Shown here piece by piece: positions 1 to 6,476 of a DNA stretch of 64,000 nt. Made by a program: the position numbers and the translations under genes. The DNA is from Escherichia phage ETEC-TG, in the sequence record OR786310.1. One strand, 5' to 3'. Each line of letters opens with the position of its first letter. The first letter of the stretch is position 1. The notes below the pieces were generated by a model. The model was not told where the DNA came from, searched no databases, and worked only from the letters and a program-made list of their open reading frames with translations.

Positions 1-117
1 CACGAGGCCAAGTTACCAAGGAGTTATAGCAATCTTCTGGTGCTTTGAAGATGGTTTTAGTCTCCACAGTAACATTCCCATTAAGTGTTGCCAATACCAC
101 CCACCCAGCTATATGGA

Positions 118-300
118 TCATAGTGCCTCCACTTTCCACGTTTTACCCTTATCAACCAAGGTCTTTGCTACAGCATACTCCTTCCCATTAACAAGGAAAT
201 AATAAACGATAAAAGATTTCCCGATTGTTACTGTCTTAGTAACCTCTACACGTTTAACACCTTGCATGTATTTTGCCTTACCGGAATAGAGTAAAATCAT
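118..300 (-). CDS. hypothetical early protein
   Basis: ORF track; part of a tightly packed leftward gene series. Confidence 0.35.
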   Translation of the reverse strand: MILLYSGKAKYMQGVKRVEVTKTVTIGKSFIVYYFLVNGKEYAVAKTLVDKGKTWKVEAL

Positions 301-578
301 TTTGCATTCCTCTTGTTGTTGATAACATCCATAGCAGTATATGGTTTATTAGTGCCATGATACTCCAGAATCATTGGAGAGCCTTCTTGCACTACTTCAA
401 AGATACCATAAACAGAACTTTCAGCAAATACCATTTGCTTCGTTCCTTCATCATTTACAACAAGAGAAAACTTCTTGCCTGTTCCGTTGAGGATCTCGTA
501 TTTCTTGCCAGCAGTGAATAATCCAGAGTACCACTCATTATCTGTTGCTTTTACACACTTCAGAAAAGTCTTGATCAT
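297..578 (-). CDS. hypothetical early protein
   Basis: ORF track; stop/start overlap with neighbours. Confidence 0.4.
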   Translation of the reverse strand: MIKTFLKCVKATDNEWYSGLFTAGKKYEILNGTGKKFSLVVNDEGTKQMVFAESSVYGIFEVVQEGSPMILEYHGTNKPYTAMDVINNKRNAK

Positions 579-928
579 TTCTTTTTGCTCCTCTTTTTAG
601 ATTTCTCATACAAACCTAACACAGCCGCTTCTTTTGCACAAGTAGGAACTGAAGTCATTCCTCTTCTTTTTGCTTCTGGCAGTTGCAAAGTCCATATTCC
701 CCACCAATAAATTTGGTCTGCCGTGAGTGGTTCAGCCATTGGATCTGCCTCCTGCTCCTCAAGACGTTGCAACGCTTCTTCAATCTTCTCGATTGGTGTG
801 TCAAAGACGAATGCCTCCGTATCAAATTTATCTTTCTTAGGAACTGATTTGGCTACTTTGAGAACCTCGTTTTTCGGTTTCTTAGTAACGTTCTTTGGCT
901 TTGATAACTTCTTCGGTGTTTTCGCCAC
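575..928 (-). CDS. hypothetical lysine-rich basic protein
   Basis: Lys-rich N- and C-termini (MAKTPKKLSKPK..., ...SKKRSKKK); coupled to flanking ORFs. Confidence 0.4.
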   Translation of the reverse strand: MAKTPKKLSKPKNVTKKPKNEVLKVAKSVPKKDKFDTEAFVFDTPIEKIEEALQRLEEQEADPMAEPLTADQIYWWGIWTLQLPEAKRRGMTSVPTCAKEAAVLGLYEKSKKRSKKK

Positions 929-1121
929 TTACTACCTCCATACGATCTAAAAAGTCATTCACAAATCTCCAGTAACGTTGACCTGTTCTAAGATCTTCAT
1001 AGATAACCACAGGATCAAACACTTTAGATATTCCGGCAGGTTTTGGAAATTCCACTACCGTATATAAACCACCTTTTGCTACACAAGAATAGGTTACGCC
1101 TGTAATTGGATAGTTGCTCAT
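882..1121 (-). CDS. hypothetical early protein
   Basis: ORF track. Confidence 0.35.
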   Translation of the reverse strand: MSNYPITGVTYSCVAKGGLYTVVEFPKPAGISKVFDPVVIYEDLRTGQRYWRFVNDFLDRMEVVSGENTEEVIKAKERY

Positions 1122-1312
1122 TTCTTTACGTACTCCATGATTGGGGTATGGTCGCCAGTAAGCGTAACACGGCTGTAGGACACATCTTGTGTCTTCAGTG
1201 TATCAATCCACTCTAAGAAGTGTTCTTTCGCTTCTGTGTAGTTCTGTGTGCCTTTAACAACGTGTATACCATCTAGAGTTACACGGAATACCATTTGAAT
1301 AACGTCTTTCAT
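1118..1312 (-). CDS. hypothetical early protein
   Basis: ORF track; 4-nt overlap with next gene. Confidence 0.35.
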   Translation of the reverse strand: MKDVIQMVFRVTLDGIHVVKGTQNYTEAKEHFLEWIDTLKTQDVSYSRVTLTGDHTPIMEYVKK

Positions 1313-1425
1313 TTCTTACCTCCTTTGTTATCAAAATAACTTACCAGAACATCGTGAACCACACACATGGCAAAAATCAGAACAATTGTTGTCAGGACCG
1401 GATTCTCACTAATTAGTGCTATCAT
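1309..1425 (-). CDS. small membrane protein (start trimmed to internal ATG)
   Basis: GGAGGTGG RBS upstream of ATG at 1425; hydrophobic helix LTTIVLIFAMCVV. Confidence 0.3.
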   Translation of the reverse strand: MIALISENPVLTTIVLIFAMCVVHDVLVSYFDNKGGKK

Positions 1426-1732
1426 CTTTAACCACCTCCAATTGCCTTTCGAGTTTGACTTTGTTTGAGAACTGATAATGACACAACTTACATTGCATGT
1501 CAACAATCTGATCGTGATTTAACCCTACAATTTTAACTTCCTTTGCACCATCCCACTCCAAATACTCAAATCCATCCAAATGATTACTCTTGTCCAACAG
1601 GAATGCTATCTGCTGCCATTCAATCTGAATGTCATTTAAATGATATGCTGCACAGAAGATATCTTCATAGTAAAAGACGATCATTGTCATTGCTTCGTCC
1701 AGCACAACTACCTCTTGTCTTGTAAATCTCAT
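1409..1732 (-). CDS. hypothetical early protein
   Basis: TAGGAGG RBS immediately upstream of start at 1732. Confidence 0.45.
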   Translation of the reverse strand: MRFTRQEVVVLDEAMTMIVFYYEDIFCAAYHLNDIQIEWQQIAFLLDKSNHLDGFEYLEWDGAKEVKIVGLNHDQIVDMQCKLCHYQFSNKVKLERQLEVVKDDSTN

Positions 1733-1907
1733 TCTAGCCTCCTAAACGCGTCTCTGACGCACTTTTTATATATAAGATGATAAATCACCTTACCTAGTAA
1801 GTAAACTTGCTCTACGAGCCTCTTATGAAGCTTGTGTTATAGGCTATACTATTGCTACCTGTTTAAGCAAGGTTTTTGCACACAGAAAATAATTTTTAAT
1901 AAAACTC

Positions 1908-1937
1908 TTGACTTTTGTGTTCGAAGTATGCTACCCT
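1908..1937 (+). promoter_or_regulatory. sigma70-like promoter candidate
   Basis: TTGACT - 18 nt - TACCCT, same architecture as other promoters in the window. Confidence 0.3.
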
Positions 1938-1984
1938 AGAAATCTATTAACGAGCGCAGCGAGTTAAGGTTTTAAGGTTGTTGA

Positions 1985-2190
1985 TGTAGTACTCTGTACT
2001 CAAGTACTGTACTCCGTACTAGATTAATAATTATTAAATATTAATAATAAATAATTATTAGATCTAACAAACAGGTACAGTGTATCAGAACTGGTACGTA
2101 CAGATCAACTTCTATCAATTAAAAATAAAATAATAAATTATTATAAATAATACTTGATCTATAGATCGGTATGAAGTACAGTACGGAACA
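1985..2190. promoter_or_regulatory. divergent control region with GTACT repeats and AT-rich/GATC palindromes (candidate ori or regulatory hub)
   Basis: 5 GTACT copies at 1989-2020, more GTAC motifs at 2073-2186, perfect palindromes ttaataattattaa and gatctatagatc; lies between leftward and rightward gene blocks. Confidence 0.4.
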
Positions 2191-2214
2191 TCTTAACAAG
2201 AATGGAGGTGTGCA

Positions 2215-2400
2215 ATGATTAGTGAGAATCCGTGCAAATGGCATCATGTGCCTATTAAAGATTGTATGTCTTGTAATCCACGTTCTATTTATAACATTGC
2301 ATCTTATGATGATGACAATGTGTTAGACGATGATGAAGGCTGGGAGGATTTAGATTGGACTGGTTATGAAACCAAAAAGGATAAAATTATTCCTGGTTGA
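2215..2400 (+). CDS. hypothetical protein, Cys-containing, acidic C-terminal half
   Basis: GGAGGTG RBS before ATG. Confidence 0.45.
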   Translation: MISENPCKWHHVPIKDCMSCNPRSIYNIASYDDDNVLDDDEGWEDLDWTGYETKKDKIIPG

Positions 2401-2437
2401 CTTAAGATATCCTTCGTGCTAAACTAGAAGTGAGGAG

Positions 2438-2689
2438 ATGCCGATCACTCCCCATTTGGGGTTCGAAGGATATATGCAAAATAGCTTTTATTTTAGGTGC
2501 CGTGCTTGTAATAGGCATTTGACAAACCACTCCAGACGTGATAAAAATGGAGTCATCAAGGAATCAGACCTCTGTTCTATTTGCACAGGTTTGGCTTTTG
2601 ATGATAGTCCCGAAAGGGTTTATCAGCATCAATGTATAACAGACGTTCTCGTGTCAAACTTGGTAGAGGACGAACAACTAACAGATTAG
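2438..2689 (+). CDS. hypothetical Cys-rich (zinc-ribbon-like) protein
   Basis: GTGAGGAG RBS; CRACNRH and CSIC cysteine pairs. Confidence 0.45.
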   Translation: MPITPHLGFEGYMQNSFYFRCRACNRHLTNHSRRDKNGVIKESDLCSICTGLAFDDSPERVYQHQCITDVLVSNLVEDEQLTD

Positions 2690-2697
2690 GAGGAACA

Positions 2698-2946
2698 ATG
2701 TCTCTATTAGAAAAACACGTGTTTGAAGATGGTAACGGCAATGCAGTTTTTCTTTTCCATCCAGAAAAATACACATCTGAAAACAATGGTACAACTTCTA
2801 TTGTAATCACTAAAGATGTTAAAGTTATTGATTTCTTGGCTCTGATGCGAGAGATGGATCTTGAAATTAATACTTTTAACGCAGAAGCTTTGGTTGTTGC
2901 TCTTCTGGAAAAGAAAGATAGTGAAGAAGTAGCAGAATATGCTTAA
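2698..2946 (+). CDS. hypothetical protein (start moved to ATG at 2698)
   Basis: AGGAGGAACA RBS directly before ATG 2698; the track start at 2632 lacks an RBS. Confidence 0.45.
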   Translation: MSLLEKHVFEDGNGNAVFLFHPEKYTSENNGTTSIVITKDVKVIDFLALMREMDLEINTFNAEALVVALLEKKDSEEVAEYA

Positions 2947-2953
2947 ATAACTA

Positions 2954-2983
2954 TTGACAAACGTATCCTTCATATGTTAGGAT
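2954..2983 (+). promoter_or_regulatory. sigma70-like extended -10 promoter
   Basis: TTGACA - 18 nt - TGtTAGGAT; recurring motif aactaTTGACAa...TATGTTA. Confidence 0.5.
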
Positions 2984-3192
2984 ACGTTCATCAAGTGTGG
3001 TAACAGGGTCGTTGACTTTTGTTAAGAGGGGCTTGCACTGCGGTAGTGTTAGAGACTACTTCTTCAGAGGTTAGCTACCAAAGAGGAAAAGGAATAGTCT
3101 CGGCTCAAGAACTTTTACGCTGAAAGTTGGGCTTGGTCTTAGAGAATGTAGCGGTTCTCTACAATCGTCAGCGTCTCTGTTACCACATTTAC

Positions 3193-3264
3193 GGCCCTGT
3201 AGCTCAATGGGAGAGCTGTCGGCTCATAACCGATAGGTAGCTGGATCGAAACCAGCCAGGGCCA
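3193..3264 (+). tRNA. tRNA-Met or Ile2 (anticodon CAT)
   Basis: Hand-folded cloverleaf: acceptor GGCCCTG/CAGGGCC, anticodon loop CT-CAT-AA, T-loop ATCGAAA, encoded CCA. Confidence 0.7.
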
Positions 3265-3269
3265 CCAAC

Positions 3270-3341
3270 GTCTTTATGGTGTAATGGATAGCACAGGAGT
3301 CTTCTAAACTCTTAGTCAAGGTTCGATTCCTTGTAAAGACA
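3270..3341 (+). tRNA. tRNA-Arg (anticodon TCT)
   Basis: Acceptor GTCTTTA/TAAAGAC, anticodon loop CT-TCT-AA, T-loop TTCGATT, CCA follows. Confidence 0.7.
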
Positions 3342-3540
3342 CCAGAACATTTTAACATGAATTAGCTCAAGTGATTTGAACCCACTACTGATCATGGTGG
3401 CAGAGAATGAGGCAAGTATGTCAGACATTATAAACAAAGGCCACGGTTATATTAGAAGACATAAATGCTCGAAGAGCACCGTTCGTGGAGAACGGGGGTT
3501 GGTGGAGTCACCATTCATGGTAAAATGTTTTAAAAAACTA

Positions 3541-3570
3541 TTGACAACTAACATTATTTTATGTTAGATT
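3541..3570 (+). promoter_or_regulatory. sigma70-like extended -10 promoter inside the tRNA cluster
   Basis: TTGACA - 18 nt - TGtTAGATT. Confidence 0.5.
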
Positions 3571-3578
3571 ATAAGTAT

Positions 3579-3666
3579 GGAAGGGCAAATCGACGTGGCG
3601 ACGAAAACGGTCTTGAAAACCGCCGAGCTTGAAAGAGCCTTGGGAGTTCGACTCTCCCTCCTTCCG
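3579..3666 (+). tRNA. tRNA-Ser (anticodon TGA), class II
   Basis: Acceptor GGAAGGG/TCCTTCC, anticodon loop CT-TGA-AA, long variable arm, T-loop TTCGACT, CCA follows. Confidence 0.65.
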
Positions 3667-3673
3667 CCAGATT

Positions 3674-3756
3674 GGTAGATTGGTGAAATGGTAGCCACGA
3701 CAGTTTGCTAAACTGTAGTCGGAAACGGCGTGTAGGTTCGAGTCCTACATCTACCG
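3674..3756 (+). tRNA. tRNA-Ser (anticodon GCT), class II
   Basis: Acceptor GGTAGAT/ATCTACC, anticodon loop TT-GCT-AA, long variable arm, T-loop TTCGAGT, CCA follows. Confidence 0.65.
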
Positions 3757-3900
3757 CCAAGTTCTTTTTAATATAGCTTACTTTAGCAGAGTAAATCTTC
3801 GGCAAGTGGCGGTAACCACTTTACCGATAACTCATAGTTAGTGGTGTGAACACTGGCTATTTTAAAAAGAATTTAAAAAGAATTTAAATATTAGTATTTA

Positions 3901-3985
3901 GGTGAGTTAATTCCGTAGGGGTAGCGGGGCAGACTGTAAATCTGTTATCATTGCGATTCGGGTGGTTCGACTCCATCACTCACCA
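3901..3985 (+). tRNA. tRNA-Tyr (anticodon GTA), class II
   Basis: Acceptor GGTGAGT/ACTCACC, anticodon loop CT-GTA-AA, long variable arm, T-loop TTCGACT, CCA follows. Confidence 0.65.
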
Positions 3986-3994
3986 CCAAATTAA

Positions 3995-4077
3995 GATGAG
4001 TTGGCTGAATGGTTTAAGCGGCGGACTGTTAATCCGTGTTCGAAAGAACGATATAGGTTCAAATCCTATACTCATCG
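3995..4077 (+). tRNA. tRNA with class II scaffold and apparent GTT (Asn) anticodon; identity uncertain
   Basis: Acceptor GATGAGT/ACTCATC, anticodon stem GCGGA/TCCGT with loop CT-GTT-AA, 15-nt variable arm with GAAA hairpin, T-loop TTCAAAT, CCA follows. Confidence 0.5.
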
Positions 4078-4170
4078 CCAGAATTATGGACTTGTAGAGT
4101 TAAGGTAAACCCCCAGTCGCCAAGAGGCTTCTGGAATTGCAGGTATCGAATCCTGCCGAGTCCCAGCTTT

Positions 4171-4242
4171 GCTCCTATAGTATAATGGCTATTACAACGG
4201 TTTTGTAATCCGTGGATCTCTGTTCGATTCAGAGTGGGAGCA
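4171..4242 (+). tRNA. tRNA-Thr (anticodon TGT)
   Basis: Acceptor GCTCCTA/TGGGAGC, anticodon loop TT-TGT-AA, T-arm CTCTG-TTCGATT-CAGAG, CCA follows. Confidence 0.65.
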
Positions 4243-4522
4243 CCAACACAACATTAAGAGCACTGTGATTGATCGTCGTATCCTGTGCACAAGGTCTGTT
4301 CGAAAGACAGTGTTCTTAGTATTGTGTTGATCACACAAAAAAAGAGTTACCTGAAACTTGACCGGAGTAGGGTTGGATGGGGCAAAAGAAGAAGCGGCTC
4401 TCCCATCGACAGCAACGAAGAATAATATTTGACTTTGGTTTTGTATTATTTTAAGTTAGCTTACCGAACGTAGGGCTAGTCACCCAACGGGATACTCGTC
4501 ACTGTCCCACTCAATAAAACTA

Positions 4523-4552
4523 TTGACAACCAATAGTAAAATGTAGTATAGT
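4523..4552 (+). promoter_or_regulatory. sigma70-like promoter upstream of tRNA-Gly
   Basis: TTGACA - 18 nt - TATAGT. Confidence 0.5.
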
Positions 4553-4563
4553 AAAGATGTAGG

Positions 4564-4634
4564 GCGTTCTTGGTGTAGCGGTAGCATTCCGTCCTTCCAA
4601 GTCGGCGGCACGAGTTCGATCCTCGTAGAACGCT
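4564..4634 (+). tRNA. tRNA-Gly (anticodon TCC)
   Basis: Acceptor GCGTTCT/AGAACGC, anticodon loop CT-TCC-AA, T-arm ACGAG-TTCGATC-CTCGT, CCA follows. Confidence 0.65.
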
Positions 4635-4735
4635 CCAAATTATTTAATAAAGGGTTGCCAGAAAACTTTCTCTTTTACTCATGGTTTTCTCCTTCTCTCA
4701 CACCTCTTCTGGTTGCCCTTCATTAAATGATTTAT

Positions 4736-4808
4736 TGGTTTGTAGTGTAGTCCGGTAGCACACGACACTTTGACTGTCGTAGGTTTGGTTCAAATCCAGA
4801 CAGACCAG
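4736..4808 (+). tRNA. tRNA-Gln (anticodon TTG)
   Basis: Acceptor TGGTTTG/CAGACCA, anticodon stem CGACA/TGTCG with loop CT-TTG-AC, T-loop TTCAAAT, CCA follows. Confidence 0.65.
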
Positions 4809-4884
4809 CCATATAACAAAGGTGAGTCACTACCTCAAGTGTGAAGTTAAAAACGAGGAGCCGCCGAACACTTTCTTTTGCGGT

Positions 4885-4958
4885 GTACCTTTAGAATGTT
4901 ATGACGGAATTTAGCTCAGTTTGGTAGAGTGTACGCTTTGGGAGCGTATTGTCGCAGG
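4885..4958 (+). tRNA. tRNA-Pro (anticodon TGG)
   Basis: Acceptor CGGAATT/AATTCCG, anticodon stem TACGC/GCGTA with loop TT-TGG-GA, T-arm GCAGG-TTCGAAT-CCTGC, CCA follows. Confidence 0.7.
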
Positions 4959-4967
4959 TTCGAATCC

Positions 4968-5038
4968 TGCAATTCCGACCAATTAAATGTTTCGTAGTTC
5001 AATGGTAGAACCCACGACTGATAATCGTGAGATACAAG
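4968..5038 (+). tRNA. tRNA-Ile (anticodon GAT)
   Basis: Acceptor TGTTTCG/CGAAACA, anticodon stem CACGA/TCGTG with loop CT-GAT-AA, T-loop TTCGATT, CCA follows. Confidence 0.7.
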
Positions 5039-5119
5039 TTCGATTCTTGTCGAAACAACCAGTTTCCCGTTAGACTTACAGGATAAGAGTTCCACAATTT
5101 ATTGTGACGCTGGTTCGAA

Positions 5120-5195
5120 TCCAGCACGGGATACATAATAGCGGGATAGAGGAGTCTGGTCGTCCTCGCCAGTTTCATATGCTGGAGATCATTGG
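5120..5195 (+). tRNA. tRNA-Met or Ile2 (anticodon CAT), mismatched 1:72 pair
   Basis: Anticodon stem CCAGT/GCTGG with loop TT-CAT-AT, T-arm ATTGG-TTCAAAT-CCAAT, acceptor 3' TCCCGCC, CCA follows; position 1 (A) does not pair with 72 (C). Confidence 0.6.
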
Positions 5196-5333
5196 TTCAA
5201 ATCCAATTCCCGCCTCCAAATATCGCTTGCCAGCGGTATCTTTGAAGACCTTGCCTGGTTCCTTCTAAGATGGAGGGGTGCGACTCCTTAACGCACAATT
5301 ATAATAAAGCATTTCAAATTAACAGTATTTATT

Positions 5334-5357
5334 AGCCTCCTTATTGGAGGCTTTTTG
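5334..5357 (+). terminator. Rho-independent terminator closing the tRNA cluster
   Basis: Hairpin AGCCTCC-ttatt-GGAGGCT followed by TTTTTG. Confidence 0.6.
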
Positions 5358-5375
5358 CTATCTATTGAATAAAAC

Positions 5376-5404
5376 TTGACTTATTATTTTTTATATGTTA
5401 AGAT
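5376..5404 (+). promoter_or_regulatory. sigma70-like extended -10 promoter
   Basis: TTGACT - 17 nt - TGtTAAGAT, followed by TAGGAGGA RBS of the 5426 gene. Confidence 0.5.
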
Positions 5405-5425
5405 AAAGTTTAGGAGGATTTTATT

Positions 5426-5722
5426 ATGCCTAAACTAAAACGTGGTCGTGGAAGACCAACAGCCGAAATGCAACAGATTTACGCAATGGATGCGGCGCAA
5501 GCAAGTGTAAAAGAATTATTTGCAGAGCATTATTTAGAAGCTATGCGGTATATTGTTGAACTTGTTAATGATAAGGATGCAGCAAAACCTCTCCGCTTCC
5601 AAGCAGCTAAAGCTATTAAAGAGCAAGTAGAAGAATGGTTAGAAGAACATTATGAAGCTATGGAAGAAGAAACCCCTGCCGTGCAGAATACAGATGACGT
5701 TCCTAAAAAGATCGTAATCTAA
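5426..5722 (+). CDS. small DNA-binding protein with AT-hook-like KRGRGRP motif (possible small terminase or regulator)
   Basis: Strong RBS and promoter; N-terminal KRGRGRP; acidic helical remainder; sits upstream of the packaging genes. Confidence 0.4.
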   Translation: MPKLKRGRGRPTAEMQQIYAMDAAQASVKELFAEHYLEAMRYIVELVNDKDAAKPLRFQAAKAIKEQVEEWLEEHYEAMEEETPAVQNTDDVPKKIVI

Positions 5723-5738
5723 TCCCTCTCCTCTCTTG

Positions 5739-5805
5739 GGGCTTTGCCCCTCCTCCTTGTTATTTTTAACACCCCTCTCCGAAAGGTTAGGGGCTTTTTT
5801 ATTTT
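5739..5805 (+). terminator. tandem hairpins with T-runs (terminator region)
   Basis: GGGGCTTTGCCCC and CCCCTCTCCGAAAGGTTAGGGG followed by CTTTTTTATTTTT. Confidence 0.5.
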
Positions 5806-5811
5806 TAATGC

Positions 5812-5841
5812 TTGCAATTGTATATCATTTTATGATAAGAT
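5812..5841 (+). promoter_or_regulatory. sigma70-like extended -10 promoter
   Basis: TTGCAA - 18 nt - TGaTAAGAT, near copy of the 5376 promoter. Confidence 0.45.
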
Positions 5842-5862
5842 CAGATATGAGGAGGATAAAAT

Positions 5863-6033
5863 ATGCGCAATTTTGTAGTTAAAAATGATTTTAACCGTTC
5901 TTCTTATCATAAAGATAAAAAGAATGATTACACACGGGCTTGGAACTTGGAGGAAGAACTTTATGATGACAGAGAAGACTTGGGAAGAGATCCTAGCGAA
6001 GGCTCAACCAATGGAAGTGAAGAAGATAGTTAA
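5863..6033 (+). CDS. hypothetical acidic protein (not in ORF track; preferred over overlapping 5885-6100)
   Basis: ATG at 5863 preceded by GAGGAGGA RBS and the 5812 promoter; my translation gives 56 aa to TAA at 6031; the 5885-6100 track ORF lacks an RBS. Confidence 0.35.
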   Translation: MRNFVVKNDFNRSSYHKDKKNDYTRAWNLEEELYDDREDLGRDPSEGSTNGSEEDS

Positions 6034-6083
6034 CAACGCCCCTTCTCTTCCTAAAATAAAATTTTATGAGGAAGTAGAAGATA

Positions 6084-6476
6084 ATGAATCTAAAGACTAA
6101 AACTGTATTAAGTTTTGTTTTAATTGTTGTTCTTATTCTTGCCGGAATGTTTGCTTATAACAAGATACGTGAGTCTGGCTACAAAGATGGTGTTGCCTAT
6201 CAAACGCAAGTATATCAAGCAGCCCAAGCAAAAGCAAAACAAGATTTTGATGTTCTTCAAAAAAGAGCAGATGAAGAAAGAGCATTATTAAATACTCAAA
6301 TAAACAACTTGTCTAAAAACAATGCACAATTAAAAGCAGATTTAGAGAAGAAGAAACAAACGATCAACGAGGATACAACGAATTATGCAAAAACTAATTC
6401 TGGCAGTATGTCTTGCTTTGCCCCTAATGATGACGGGTTGTTCATCATCAACAAAAGTTTCCCCAGTTCTTATTGA
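6084..6476 (+). CDS. type II membrane coiled-coil protein (i-spanin-like)
   Basis: N-terminal TM helix VLSFVLIVVLILAGMFAY then coiled-coil; overlapped by a lipoprotein gene in another frame. Confidence 0.4.
   Translation: MNLKTKTVLSFVLIVVLILAGMFAYNKIRESGYKDGVAYQTQVYQAAQAKAKQDFDVLQKRADEERALLNTQINNLSKNNAQLKADLEKKKQTINEDTTNYAKTNSGSMSCFAPNDDGLFIINKSFPSSY

Noticed and set aside
1989-2020. GTACT repeat array considered as a CRISPR-like array
   Set aside because: Repeat unit is only 5 nt with 0-3 nt spacers and no cas genes; better explained as iteron or operator repeats.
2632-2697. N-terminal extension of the 2632-2946 ORF
   Set aside because: Overlaps the preceding gene and lacks an RBS; the ATG at 2698 has a strong one.
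3376-3567. 63-aa plus-strand ORF between tRNA-Arg and tRNA-Ser
   Set aside because: No RBS, lies inside the tRNA transcription unit and inside a long-range RNA helix; more likely non-coding.
3569-3805. 78-aa minus-strand ORF
   Set aside because: Directly antisense to tRNA-Ser(TGA) and tRNA-Ser(GCT); artefact of reading the tRNA genes.
3865-3890. Tandem duplication aaaaagaattta x2
   Set aside because: Only two short copies in an AT-rich spacer; likely slippage with no evident function.
4690-4735. 12-codon minus-strand mini-ORF with an AAGGAG RBS in the pyrimidine-rich spacer before tRNA-Gln
   Set aside because: Too short and antisense to the tRNA operon; probably fortuitous.
5885-6100. 71-aa track ORF
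   Set aside because: No RBS; the alternative frame starting at 5863 has a strong RBS and promoter. Kept only as an alternative.
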